A DNA stretch of 64,000 nucleotides from Macrostomum hystrix (lineage: Eukaryota > Animalia > Platyhelminthes). The number at the start of each line of letters is the position of its first letter. Positions within the stretch are counted from its first letter, which is position 1. Where the stretch lies: the NCBI GenBank assembly GCA_950097015.1, contig CATNEN010000007.1, positions 9,920,001 to 9,984,000 on the forward strand. Reading direction: 5' to 3'. The notes under the pieces are model-generated. The model was not told where the DNA came from and did no database searches. It saw nothing but the letters and a program-made list of their open reading frames with translations. The position numbers and the translations under genes are program-made. Positions 47,204-59,490 of the stretch are shown in pieces.

Positions 47204-50200
47204 ATGAGTGCACCGGAGCCGCCGCCGCCGGAAGTGCCCAGGACTGAGCTGGAGGAGATCCAGCTGCTCATGAACCAGAAGACTGATGAGGTGAGGCCCC
47301 AAGTCACTGTCTATGGCCAAGAGCCTGCCCATTTGCAGCTATTTATTTTTCTCGTATCGGCCCGTCATCGGGCAATTCTTCAGCTTCGGTGGGGCCAGCA
47401 ATACGGATCGATAAGACTCCGAGATTTCTGCTTTCGGGCCCCGAAATTCGGGTCAGCTCTGCTCCGGGGGGGAGGTTTCCTCATGAACCCCCACACACAA
47501 TATTCTTCTTTCAGCTCCCATTCTCTTCCCGAGCTCGGAGGACAAGCAGTCCAAGCCCCCCCCAGCTGCCGATAAACCGCTGCGTGCACACTGCAGGGGC
47601 GGGATATTCAGCATTGATTTCAGCCAGCCCTGGACTGCGGGAGCAGCGCCTTAACCCGGCTCAGCAAACCCACCCCCAGATACTCGCAGCTCCTGTTCGG
47701 TCATTCCACCCGGCGACTGGGGGATGGCGGGAAGAGGAGAGGGAGCTCCCTAGGGAGCTTTGCCTGCCCTCCCTATCCCATCCCTCCTCTCATTCTCCCG
47801 TTTTGCTCCCCTTTTCCCAGTCGCGCACACTCCGGTCCGTCCCTCTGCGTCTCCCCTCAGCCCCAGCAAGCGCAGAATGGAGGAAGGAAGACGGGGCCAG
47901 GGGAGAAGCGGGTCTGGAGATGGCGAGCTCAGCGCGAGTCCAGGCCGGGTCTGAGGCTGCCTTTGAGCTTTCCCTGAGTGAGGCTGAGGCGGGCGCCACT
48001 CTCTCCTGGCCTCTCCTCGTCTCTCTTGAATTCAGAGCCGCTGGAGGGCCGCGGTAAAGTGAGGATTAAAGTGCATCTGAACGGCCGAGGTCGTCCTGCC
48101 CCCTCGCAGCCTCTCGAGCTGGCTGGCAGCCAATTTATTTAGAAGACGGAGAAGCCGGGAGGCGGAGGGTTGGCGGACAGCGGTCGGGAGCGTCGCGCCG
48201 GGGAACCGGTTCAATCCGGTTTTCGAAAGAAGTTTTTTCCTTCGCGCTATAAATATCTGTGACAGTCGGCTCGAGTGCGTAATTTCTGTCCCGGTCTGGC
48301 AGCCGCCCAGCAGACACGAAAATAATTACCCCTGAAGGCTATGAGCATAGGTCTTAGTCTGAGAATGAGTAGGCAGCTCCCGTGAGCTGAGGTGTTGTGA
48401 CTCACTTTCATTCTTTTCCCTCTCGCAGCCTCCCCGCCTGCTTCCTCAATTCCCATTATTCCCCTCAAGCTCCATCCCAGTCTGCCAGCTGCACTTTGCT
48501 GCGCCTCCGGCACACACGCGCTGGCTCAAATTTTCTTAGCCACAAATTCTCCCCTGGATTTGGGAAGGTGGGGAGAGCGGCCCATTAGCTAAACGATGGG
48601 CAGGTGGCTCAAGCAGTGAGAGAGTGGGCGGCTGCACTGGCTGCTCCAGCTGCACGACTGACGCATCTCGGGAGCGGGCCTGAGACTCCTTCCAGTTTCT
48701 CCATCCCCGTCTCCAACTGGGGCAGCGGATCGCGAAGTGAATTCCTGATGAGGACAGCCTAATGAAACTGTAATGTCCCTCACAGTTGCTTCATTTCCGT
48801 CTCCCTCTCCGTGTCACAGGGCTGTCTGGGGGAATTTGACTCACCCACTTGGTCGGCCCGCGGCTGGTGGGGAGAGAGCTGGCGACTTCTCGTCTCCCAG
48901 CGATCCAACGAGTACATGCCGTTCGATCGGCTTTTTTCTTTAAACGTGTCGATATGAGTCTTGCATGCTCAAATTACTCTACTGTCAGTAGGCTGGGGAG
49001 CGTATTTTGCAATCTCCATGCTGGCTGCAGCTAAATTGAGGTGAGCGGAGCGCGGGCCAAACCGCAGCCAACCCCACAATGTTTCACACCGGTGGCCGCT
49101 GCCAGCCCATTATCCCGCTGAAGTTCCTGCGCCCCAACCCAGCGGCTCAAGTGTACACTTCTGCTGGCATGAAGAAGGGCAGGCTGAGGGCAAAGGGGGA
49201 GGGGAAAAAAGGAATTCATTGCGGCCTGGCCTGCATCCCAGGACATTGTGTCCAAGCCTGCAGCGCTATATTGGTTGAGCAAACCTGCTCAGCCTGTTTT
49301 CCTGTGTAGCACCGTGCCCCGCCCCGCCAAAAACTGTCAAGAGCCTTCAGCCAGCGTAGAGCCTTGCCAGCTTACCACCGATATGGACGGAGCCGAGGAC
49401 GCCGCGGACGCCAACGCGCCTCCGCTGACTGAAGCCGAAGAGATCTTGCTGCTCATCGACCGTGCTCAAACTGAAGTAAAAAGACGAGTGAAACAGAAGC
49501 GAGTTAAACAGAAGCGAGTGAAACAGAAGCGAGTGAAACAGAAGCGAGTGAAACAGGAGCGAGTGAAACAGGAGCGAGTGAAACAGAAGCGAGTTAAACA
49601 GAAGCGAGTGAAACAGAAGCGAGTGAAACAGGAGCGAGTGAAACAGGAGCGAGTGAAACAGGAGCGAGTGAAACAGGAGCGAGTGAAACAGGAGCGAGTG
49701 AAACAGTAGCGAGTGAAACAGAAGCGAGTGAAACAGAAGCGAGTGAAACAGAAGCGAGTGAAACAGGAGCGAGTGAAACAGGAGCGAGTGAAACAGTAGC
49801 GAGTGAAACAGAAGCGAGTGAAACAGAAGCGAGTGAAACAGAAGCGAGTGAAACAGGAGCGAGTGAAACAGGAGCGAGTGAAACAGGAGCGAGTGAAACA
49901 GAAGCGAGTGAAACAGAAGCGAGTGAAACAGAAGCGAGTGAAACAGAAGCGAGTGAAACAGTAGCGAGTGAACCAATGCATTTTCTTAGAAGTATTCTGA
50001 AACTGTACACGGAGTTCGGGTTTCCAGATGTCATCCATGTTCAGTCCATTGCTTATGATCAGTCTCAGTTTCTTTCTCTCATTCCAATCCGCCCGCCCCT
50101 ACCCGTCCATTTCAGTCGCTGGAGTCCACCCGCCGAATGGTCTCCATGTGCGAGGCGGTGAGTTTCGCCGGTTACTTCTGATGCACGCCCTCCAGGTCCC

Positions 50201-53200
50201 AGATTACTTTCACCTGTCCCGGATGTGTGAAATGCCATGAAGCTGAGTTCAGGACTTTGCAGTCAGTGGTTTTTGAGGGGCTGTTGTCACGAATCAGGAG
50301 AGCAGTAATCAGGTGGGGGTAATCGTTTGGGCAGTAGTCAGGAGAGCAGTAGTCAGGTGAGGAGTAATCACGTGAGCAGTAATCAGGTGAGCAGTAATCA
50401 GGTGTGCAGTAATCAAGTGAGCAGTAATCAGGTGAGCAGTAATCAGGTGAGCAGTAATCAGGTGAGCAGTAATCAGTTGACCAGTAATCAGGAGAGCAGT
50501 AATCAGGAGAGCAGTAATCAGGTGAGCAGTAATCAGGATCAGTAGTCATGTGAGGAGTAATCAGGTGAGCAGTAATCAGGTGAGCAGTAATCAGGAGAGC
50601 AGTAATCAGGAGAGCAGTAATCAGGTGAGCAGTAATCAGGATCAGTAGTCATGTGAGGAGTAATCAGGTGAGCAGTAATCAGGTGAGCAGTAATCAGTTG
50701 ACCAGTAATCAGGAGAGCAGTAATCAGGAGAGCAGTAATCAGGTGACCAGTAATCAGGTGAGCAGTAATGAGGTCATGTTCGGCTGCTTTTGAGAAGTTC
50801 AATGAGAATCAAAAAACAAATTTCGAACACGCTTACTCCCGAGTGCCTAGCCTTAGTAGATGACCTCATCTGTCTCTTTTTCCGCGTTAATTTAAATGTT
50901 GACAAGTGCGTAACCAGTCCGGTGTAGAATGGTCACGTGATCCCGCTGAGCCAACCCGCTGCCTCTGACCCATCCTTTATCCGCCTCGCCGAATAAAAGT
51001 TCTGTCGCAATTCCGTTTAGGCCAAGGAGGCCGGCATCTCCACGCTGGTGATGTTGGACGACCAAGGCGGTGAGTCCGGAACCGCGATGCGAGTCGCAGA
51101 CACGCCGCAGTTCGAGTTTGCACTTTCCTCTGTTGTCCGTGCGCTTTGTAGACGTGTAGCCTTTAGTAGCATTCTCGCCTTCCTCTGTTCATTTAGCACT
51201 TTTCTCAAATTTATCGGCGAGTGATACCTTAATCAATGGGTTTTCCTCGCGTAAAAGCTGATCTTCTGATTGTTTTTAAACGTTTTCCTATTGTATGAAA
51301 TTTATTTTCAGCAAATCGCCTCTGATACTGTCATGAAATCGGCTAATCATGATTTTTCGCATTTATTTTTTAACTCGATGGACTTAAATTGCATTGAAAG
51401 TTGTGTTTCCTGAAATTGATTCGCTACTGAACATAGCTGAGCATGGTACTCAAATCCTGTTGAAAACTGCCAATTGCCTGCAGAGCAACTTGACCGCATC
51501 GAGGAGGGCATGGACCAAATCAACCAGGACATGAAGGACGCCGAAAAGAACCTGGACGACCTCAACAAATGCTGCGGCCTCTGCATCCTGCCCTGGAACA
51601 AGTGAGCTGCCTCGAGAATTCGATTCACCAGTATGAGCCGAGCTTTGAAGTCACTCTTAAAATTTGTCCTTTTCCAGGGCTGGAAAAGGCAAATTTGACA
51701 AGAACTTCAAGAAGGACGACGACGGAACCGTGAACACCGACGGACCCCGGGTGGTGCTGGGTGACAACGGCATGGGTCCGCAGGGCGGCTATGTTACCAG
51801 GTGCGTGAGAGTGTAGTGCTCCGCATAGAAGTGATTGAATGGCTGAATGTACATTGAGGAGAGTTACGAGATTGGGCTAAATGTATTCTTTAGGGAGAGA
51901 CGAGATTCGGCTGAATGTACATTGAAGTGAAGGACGTGATTGGGATAAATTACTCTTTGGGGAGAGAGACGAGATTCGGCTGAATGTACATTGAGGAGAG
52001 AGACGAGATTTGATTGAATGTACATTGAGGAGAGAGACGAGATTTGGCTGAATTTACATTGAGGAGAGGGACGAGATTCGGCTGAATGTACATTGAGGAG
52101 AGGGACGAGATTCGGCTGAATGTACATTGAGGAGAGGGACGAGATTCGGCTGAATGTACATTGAGGAGAGAGACGAGATTTGGTTGAATGTACATTGAGG
52201 AGAGAGACGAGATTTGGCTGAATTTACATGGAGGAGAGGGACGAGATTTGGCTTAATTTACATTGAGGAGAGGGACGAGATTCGGCTGAATGTGCGTTGA
52301 GGAGAGGGACGAGATTGGGCTAAATTTACTCTTTGGGGGAGAGAGACGAAATTCGGCTGAATGCACGTTGCAAGAGATAATAGAGATTGGGTTAAATATA
52401 CTCGTACATTTGAGGAGGAAGAACGAGATTGGGTCGAAAGTAGATTGGAGGAGAGTGGGGCGAAATTGGGCTGAATGTACGTTGCGTAGAATATTAGGAG
52501 TAAATGAAGAATATACTAGAGTCTCTATATTATATAAGTACGGGTCCGTACACTGGGAGGAAGTGGGTGGAACTTGCTATTTAAAGTGGAAATTCATCGC
52601 GGTGTCCATTTGATAATAAATCATTCCGCCTCGTTCCGCCAAATTAAACATTTGTATGTCAAAAATGCAGAATCACCAAGGACGCCCGCGAGGACGAGAT
52701 GGATAACAACATCCAGGAGGTCAGCAACATGGTGGGCAATCTGCGCAACATGGCCGTCGACATGGGCAGCGAGATTACTTCGCAGAACAGGCAGTTGGAC
52801 CGCATCAAGGAGAAGGTGGGTGCCCACCTTTCTCTTCGGAAGTATTTTTCATACATTTGTAGCTTTACTCGCATTAAAGTACATTAATGGGAGTATATGG
52901 GCAGTGTTTGTGTACTTTTTGGGCGCTTATTTGCTTTCACAAAATACTGACATTTATATCATATTCTGTAGATAATGATTTACTACTGTGCAAAGCCATG
53001 TAAAGACTTTCCACAAAAATTGTGCGTATGTCTTCGCAGTAAGAGACCGACTTTAGGCTTTAAAAGAGATAATAGGCCCTTTAAGCCGATACCAGTCAAC
53101 AATTAAAAAACCAAGAGATATGGAGGGTCTGAAGGGTAAAACGAGTGAAGACGGGCCAGAGGGAAAGATAAGGAGGGGGTGAGGAAAGACAGACGAACAG

Positions 53201-53406
53201 CGAGCCAACCATAGACGAGAAAACAGGCATGAAAGTCGCGACATATCAATGTACTTTTATGGTCGTTACGTACTTTTAAAGAGCACTTGCGAATTCGATG
53301 GAAGTCACGGAAATGGCTGACCTCATATCTGACCCGCCCGCAGGCCGAGTCCAACCAGTCGCGCATCGAAGGCGCCAACGAGCGAGCGAACAAGATGCTG
53401 AAGTGA
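47204..53406 (+). CDS. SNAP25: Synaptosomal-associated protein 25 (Qbc-SNARE), 7 coding exons
   Basis: Exons 47204-47290, 50116-50157, 51021-51069, 51484-51601, 51678-51800, 52671-52815 and 53344-53406. TDE|[13 protein letters not shown]|[14 protein letters not shown], palmitoylation cluster [25 protein letters not shown]; AATAAA at 53448. Confidence 0.97.
49383..49475 (+). CDS. SNAP25: Alternative first coding exon of SNAP-25 ([31 protein letters not shown])
   Basis: Own ATG, 31 codons, phase-0 GT donor at 49476 compatible with exon 50116; homologous to exon 1a ([18 protein letters not shown]). Confidence 0.7.
49485..49972. repeat. 15-bp tandem repeat (CGAGTGAAACAG(A/G/T)AG), ~32 copies, SNAP-25 intron
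   Basis: Direct tandem units starting ~10 bp after the exon 1b donor. Confidence 0.97.
50293..50771. repeat. 15-bp tandem repeat (AATCAGGTGAGCAGT), ~31 copies, SNAP-25 intron
   Basis: Direct tandem units. Confidence 0.96.
51841..52482. repeat. 36-bp minisatellite (GGCTGAATGTACATTGAGGAGAGGGACGAGATTC), ~17 copies, diverged at the edges, SNAP-25 intron
   Basis: Direct tandem units. Confidence 0.93.
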
Positions 53407-54596
53407 CCGCCCTCGCGCCCAGCACAAAGACCAACCGTTTATATGCTAATAAAATATTTTCTCTCAGCTTATTCTGCTAGTTCGAGGCGTAAAGTACACA
53501 GCGAAAGTTACAGAGACGGCGCAGATTGAGTCCGGGGGCAGCAGCCCACCCGCAGCTGGCCTTTGTTGGCCTCATTCCCTCCCAGACTGGCTGGCAGAGC
53601 TGTGTTTCATTTTTCTCCTGTTCCTATGCAAGCTGACTGGCTGCCTGCCTGCTGCTTTGACTGCATATTTATGTTCTACATGCTAACACATTATACAGAA
53701 GTGCACGCGGCTAGCTGGGGCCTCGCCCGATTCGCTCTATCTACAAACCGCTAATGTTTTTTATCTGTCTGGCCCCCCGCCACCCAGTTCCTCCCAGTTT
53801 TTTAACACCGCACGGCTTTGCATCGCGTCATCTCCGCAGCCTCATCGTGATCCACCGCCTCCATCGCACTGCACCAAATTTCACACACGCTTATATTCGA
53901 GTTTTATTCCAATTTTCTGTTACATTTTTGCGCTTTAGCGAGTGAAACTATATCTATCTCTTTTCTGTTTAATTTTCCTTTGCATACTATATATACTACT
54001 CATATAGGCGCCTACGAGTAGGCCGGACCGGGCATCGAATTCGTGCCCGGCCTCGCTCGTTGGATGGAGCAGATTTATATCTAAATCAATTTTAACTGAC
54101 CGAATCTAAATTGCTACTTTTGCCACCAGCCCATACCGAATAATCCCACATCCCAGCTCTTCATTAAACGACCGATCGCATAATAAAACTCATCGCCCAA
54201 AGCATCGCGGCACAAAGCGAACATTTACTTAAAACTAACCGCTGCCTCTCGGCTTTTTTCTTTACTTATCTTATTCGTTTTAGCATTCCTCGCAGGTGTT
54301 TTTCTATTGTTGCTACTGTTAGTAGGTTAGCTAGGCTTAGCATTTCTCTGACTGAGAAAATCTAGTTAAACAAGGCAGCTGGCATATCAGTGACGCGTCC
54401 GTGACAGCTGAGCCGCTCATCTATGAGCTCCGTGACATTGTTTATTGACTGCCCAGACTGTGACCTGGCCAGCTGTCACGGCCTGCTTGCCGATAAGCCT
54501 GTCTGGGCGTTCCCCAGGGGGGAAGGCCTGCCAAGCTAGGCTGAGGAGTGCATCAAAGTTCACAAACTAACTTGGAGGACACTTTCCTGATTCCCG

Positions 54597-55545
54597 ACTT
54601 ATCCTCATCCCATCCTTGACTATCTGCTCATCCTATCCTTGACTATCTGCTCATCCTATCCCTGACTATCTGCTCATCCTATCCTTGACTATCTGCTCAT
54701 CCCATCCTTGACTATCTGCTCATCCCATCCTTGACTATCTGCTCATCCTATCCCTGACTATCTGCTCATCCCATCCTTGACTATCTGCTCATCCTATCCC
54801 TGACTATCTGCTCATCCCATCCTTGACTATCTGCTCATCCTATCCCTGACTATCTGCTCATCCCATCCTTGACTATCTGCTCATCCCATCCTTGACTATC
54901 TGCTCATCCTATCCCTGACTATCTGCTCATCCCATCCTTGACTATCTGCTCATCCCATCCTTGACTATCTGCTCATCCCATCCTTGACTATCTGCTCATC
55001 CTATCCCTGACTATCTGCTCATCCTATCCTTGACTATCTGCTCATCCCATCCTTGACTATCTGCTCATCCTATCCCTGACTATCTGCTCATCCTATCCTT
55101 GACTATCTGCTCATCCTATCCTTGACTATCTGCTCATCCTATCCCTGACTATCTGCTCATCCCATCCCTGACTATCTGCTCATCCTATCCTTGACTATCT
55201 CCTCATCCCATCCTTGACTATCTGCTCATCCCATCCTTGACTATCTGCTCATTACATCCTTGACTATCTGCTCATCCTATCCCTGACTATCTGCTCATCC
55301 CATCCTTGACTATCTGCTCATCCTATCCCTGACTATCTGCTCATCCCATCCTTGACTATCTGCTCATCCTATCCTTGACTATCTGCTCATCCCATCCTTG
55401 ACTATCTGCTCATCCCATCCTTGACTATCTGCTCATCCCATCCTTGACTATCTGCTCATCCCATCCTTGACTATCTGCTCATCCTATCCCTGACTATCTG
55501 CTCATCCCATCCTTGACTATCTGCTCATCCCATCCTTGACTATCT
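54597..55545. repeat. 23-bp minisatellite (GACTATCTGCTCATCCYATCCYT), ~41 copies
   Basis: Direct tandem units. Confidence 0.97.
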
Positions 55546-55919
55546 TTCTCTTTCTCATCGTCAGGCCAGTGAGCACTCCGCTGTGCCTTGGAGGTTGGCC
55601 CTCAAGGGTGAAAAATTGCACAACAAGCTCCCAAGCCTTCTCTCCGCGGCTGTGCCCTAAATGATTGTGGCCTCGCCGAGTAATCGAGTTCATGGACCTT
55701 GGTGCGAGAGGCAAACGCGTTAGACCGCCCTACCACTCACTCCCTAATTCACTCATTCCGGTGTACATAAGGCTATTAACAGAGTTGTCTATGGTAGTCA
55801 GGAAGCTACAAAGTTAGAATAATGTAGACTAAAGTTATCTCAGTACTCAAAGGTGGTTATTGAGTTATTGAAAGCAACCGATAGCGAGAAGCAAATGAGC
55901 TCAGGCTAAATTTTCCCAG

Positions 55920-58043
55920 GCGCAGGAGGAGCCTCGGTTGTCGTCACCGGCGCAGCTCACGCAGCTGCAGCATCAGCAGCACCTGATACCGCAGGTTCTG
56001 CAGCCGCCAGCCGAACTGAGCCGCCAAGCTCACATCGGCTCGATGGCAGCCTATAGGGCCGCCTACGAGCGCTCAATGTCGGCACCTGACGACTTCTGGC
56101 GCGAGGTCGCCGATTCGCTGCTCGACTGGCGCCACCGGCCAGACGACTGGCGCCAGGCGCCGGTGACGCGCCAGAATTTGGACCTGCGCCGGGAGGGCGG
56201 TGTCCACTTCGACTGGTTCAGCGGATGGAGCCTCAACGCCTGCCACAATGCGCTGGACAGACACGTAGCCGCAGGTCACGGCGACCGGATCTGCCTGCAC
56301 TGGGAGGCCAACGAGCCTGACGCTGCTGGCTGCTCCGTCAGCTACGCCCAGATGCTGGCCCGGGTGCGCCGGCTGGCCCGCGTCCTGTCCGACGCCGGCG
56401 TCCGCCGCGGCGACCGGGTCGGCGTGTACATGGCCGGCGTGCCGGAGCAGGTGGAGGCGTTGCTCGCCTGCGCCCGCATCGGCGCCGTCCACGTCGTGGT
56501 GTTCGCCGGCTACGCGGCCGAGTCGCTGGCCGACCGACTGTTAGACGCCGGTGCGCGAGTTCTGCTCACCTGCGACTTCGCCTGGCGCGGCCATAGGCGC
56601 CTGGCGCTGAAACCGCTCGCCGACGCCGCCATGCGCACCTGCGCGGAGGCCGGCGCCGAGCTGAGCGCCTGCTTTGTGCTGCGCCGCGCGACTGACGAGC
56701 CCTGCTCGATGCTGGCCGGGCGCGATCGTCTATGGCCGGAGCAGCCGACTGAGCTCGCGCCAGAGGACCCTTGCCCGCCCGAGTGGCTGGACGCTGAGGA
56801 GCCGCTTTTCGCGCTGCACACCAGCGGCAGCACCGGGAAGCCGAAGGCGTTGCTGCATAGCACGGGCGGCTACCTGGTCTACGCCGCCTTCACCACCAGA
56901 CTGGCCTTCGACATGCGGGCCCCGGCGGTGCACTGGTGCACGGCGGACCTGGGCTGGATCACCGGCCACACCTACCTGGTCTACGGGCCCCTACTGCTGG
57001 GCGCCACCTGCGTCATGCTGGAGGGCCCGCCCTGCTGGCCGGACGCCGCCCGCTGCTGGCAAGTTGTCGACCGCTACCGGGTCGAGTCCTTCTACACGGC
57101 GCCGACACTGCTGCGCACCCTCATGCGCGCCGGCGACTCTCAGCTGGACGGCACCGACCGCAGCTCGCTGCGCGTCCTCGGCTCGGTTGGCGAGCCGATC
57201 AACCCGGAGGTCTGGCTTTGGCTGCACGACAAGGTCGGCGCCGGCCGCTGTCCGGTCGTTGACACCTACTGGCAGACTGAGACCGGCGGTCACGTGATCG
57301 CCCCGCTTCCCGGCGCCACCCCGACCAAGCCCGGGTCCGCCTGCCTGCCGCTACCAGGCGTCAGGCCGGTGCTGCTGGACCCGGACACCGGGCGCGAACT
57401 GGATGGCCCCGCCGAGGGTCACCTGGCGTTTGGGCCGCCTGCTTGGCCCGGCCTGGCCCGCGGCATCCTTGGCGACCGCGAGCGCTTCGAACGGACCTAC
57501 TTCTCAGCCTACCCTGGCTACTACTGCTGCGGCGACGGGGCCCGGCGTGATGCCGACGGCTATCTATGGATCACCGGCCGGGTTGACGACGCTATGAACG
57601 TCAGCGGCCACCTGCTGAGCTCCGCGCAGCTCGAGGCAGCCCTGCTGCGCCATCCGGCTCTGGTCGAGGCCGCCGTTGTCGGTCGGCCGCACAGCCTCAA
57701 AGGCGAGGCCGCTTGTGCCTTTCTGGTGCTGAAGTCGGACAGCGGCGAAGACAATTCGCTCAACGACAGCCTGCGGGTGAGTCTTCGTTCGCTGGTGCGC
57801 GAAGTAATCGGCCCGTTCGCCGTGCCTGACCACATTCTGCGCGTGGCCGCCCTGCCGAAGACCCGCTCCGGCAAGGTGATGCGCCGCCTTCTGCGGCTGC
57901 TGTCGATCGGGCGCGGCATCAACGAACTCGGCGACCTCAGCGCGCTTGCCGAGCCGCAGTGCCTGGGGCAGGTGCAGGCAGCTGTACTGGACGAGTTTGG
58001 ACCGCCAGGTGGAGGCAACAGCGCATTCTCTGCTGTCGACTGA
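55920..58043 (+). CDS. ACSS2: Acetyl-CoA synthetase (AMP-forming), ACSS2-like, single long exon; no genomic ATG at the 5' end
   Basis: LNACHNALDRH, ACARIGAVH, TSGSTGKPK, WCTADLGWITGHTY, GSVGEPINPE, DTYWQTETGG, GDGARRD, NVSGHLLS (ACSS2-type) and LPKTRSGK. Frame is open from acceptor TTTTCCCAG| (55920); in-frame TGA at 55896. Confidence 0.95.
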   Translation, partial: AQEEPRLSSPAQLTQLQHQQHLIPQVLQPPAELSRQAHIGSMAAYRAAYERSMSAPDDFWREVADSLLDWRHRPDDWRQAPVTRQNLDLRREGGVHFDWFSGWSLNACHNALDRHVAAGHGDRICLHWEANEPDAAGCSVSYAQMLARVRRLARVLSDAGVRRGDRVGVYMAGVPEQVEALLACARIGAVHVVVFAGYAAESLADRLLDAGARVLLTCDFAWRGHRRLALKPLADAAMRTCAEAGAELSACFVLRRATDEPCSMLAGRDRLWPEQPTELAPEDPCPPEWLDAEEPLFALHTSGSTGKPKALLHSTGGYLVYAAFTTRLAFDMRAPAVHWCTADLGWITGHTYLVYGPLLLGATCVMLEGPPCWPDAARCWQVVDRYRVESFYTAPTLLRTLMRAGDSQLDGTDRSSLRVLGSVGEPINPEVWLWLHDKVGAGRCPVVDTYWQTETGGHVIAPLPGATPTKPGSACLPLPGVRPVLLDPDTGRELDGPAEGHLAFGPPAWPGLARGILGDRERFERTYFSAYPGYYCCGDGARRDADGYLWITGRVDDAMNVSGHLLSSAQLEAALLRHPALVEAAVVGRPHSLKGEAACAFLVLKSDSGEDNSLNDSLRVSLRSLVREVIGPFAVPDHILRVAALPKTRSGKVMRRLLRLLSIGRGINELGDLSALAEPQCLGQVQAAVLDEFGPPGGGNSAFSAVD

Positions 58044-58131
58044 CGGGCAGCTTGACTGTTTTCCGTTTTCTTTGAGTCTTTTAAAACTCTTCAGATACGT
58101 TTAGATTTACGAGATTTCGATTTAGTTTGTT

Positions 58132-58376
58132 GCTATATTTAGATACAGCTTGTGGCTATATTTAGATACAGCTTGTGGCTATATTTAGATACAGCTTGTG
58201 GCTATATTTAGATACGGCTTATGGCTATATTTAGATGCAGCCTGTGGCTATATTTAGATACGGCTTGTGGCTATATTTAGATACAGCCTGTGGCTATATT
58301 TAGATACAGCTTCTGGCTATATTTAGATACAGCTTCTGGCTATATTTAGATACAGCTTCTGGCTATATTTAGATAC
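58132..58376. repeat. 23-bp minisatellite (GCTATATTTAGATACAGCTTGTG), ~10.5 copies
   Basis: Direct tandem units. Confidence 0.96.
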
Positions 58377-59136
58377 ATTTTATTGTTATCTTTAGGCGCA
58401 ATCTCTAGCTGGTTTGTTACATTCATTGAATATTAGTTCAAATTTAGTGAAAATATTATCCAGCAGTCTTTTTATCTAGGCTAGGATTTACATACTCATT
58501 GTTATTATTAGCAAATAGGTTATGTACTGTGATAGTCTACTAATATCACTTATTTGAAACTTATTTTGCACCAAGAAACTTGCATAATTAGACGCAGTTT
58601 TATCGCCTCTTTAGCTGTATATTTTGCCCATTCTATCAGGTGGTGTGGCCATCGTCCATTTTTTGTTAATTTTTTTTTCACATGCTACGAGAAAAGCTAT
58701 TCATATTTTTTAAACGCTTTTCGATCTGGTCGAGCATAATATTCTTCAATTCGTGTCGATTTTTTCGTCCCGGGACGCAGTTGGCCCAGCAACCGATCCG
58801 AGAGCTTTCAGTGAAAGACGGCCCAGTTAGCATTGACGGTTTGCGAACACATTCTTGACTGGACTGCGGCAGCTGACAGCGAATGCCAACCTTTCCGCCA
58901 TCCCAAACCAGCCCCCGTGTTCCCGCGTCCTGTCAGATCCGGGCTCATCAGTCAGCTGATGTCCCTGGGCTGAAGCCGCGGCTGTCACAAATTCTCCGGC
59001 CGGACAGACGGATCAGTTGAAAGGTTTTGTTGCTGGCATTTTTGCAAGCTCTTGTTTTGTTTTGCAGTCTTTTTCCAAAGTCTTTGTGTCCGTGTTGTTG
59101 ACTTGTTCTTAGCACTGCTGTGTTGTGTCGCGGCTG

Positions 59137-59490
59137 TAGCATTTCGGTTTTATCCCATGCTAACTCACAGACAGCAAAGGTTGTATTAGCATTTCGGTTT
59201 TATCCCATGCTAACTCACAGACAGCAAAGGTTGTATTAGCATTTCGGTTTTATCCCATGCTAACTCACAGACAGCAAAGGTTGTATTAGCATTTCGGTTT
59301 TATCCCATGCTAACTCACAGACAGCAAAGGTTGTATTAGCATTTCGGTTTTATCCCATGCTAACTCACAGACAGCAAAGGTTGTATTAGCATTTCGGTTT
59401 TATCCCATGCTAACTCACAGACAGCAAAGGTTGTATTAGCATTTCGGTTTTATCCCATGCTAACTCACAGACAGCAAAGGTTGTATTAGC
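59137..59490. repeat. 50-bp minisatellite, 7 identical copies
   Basis: TAGCATTTCGGTTTTATCCCATGCTAACTCACAGACAGCAAAGGTTGTAT tandem units. Confidence 0.97.
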
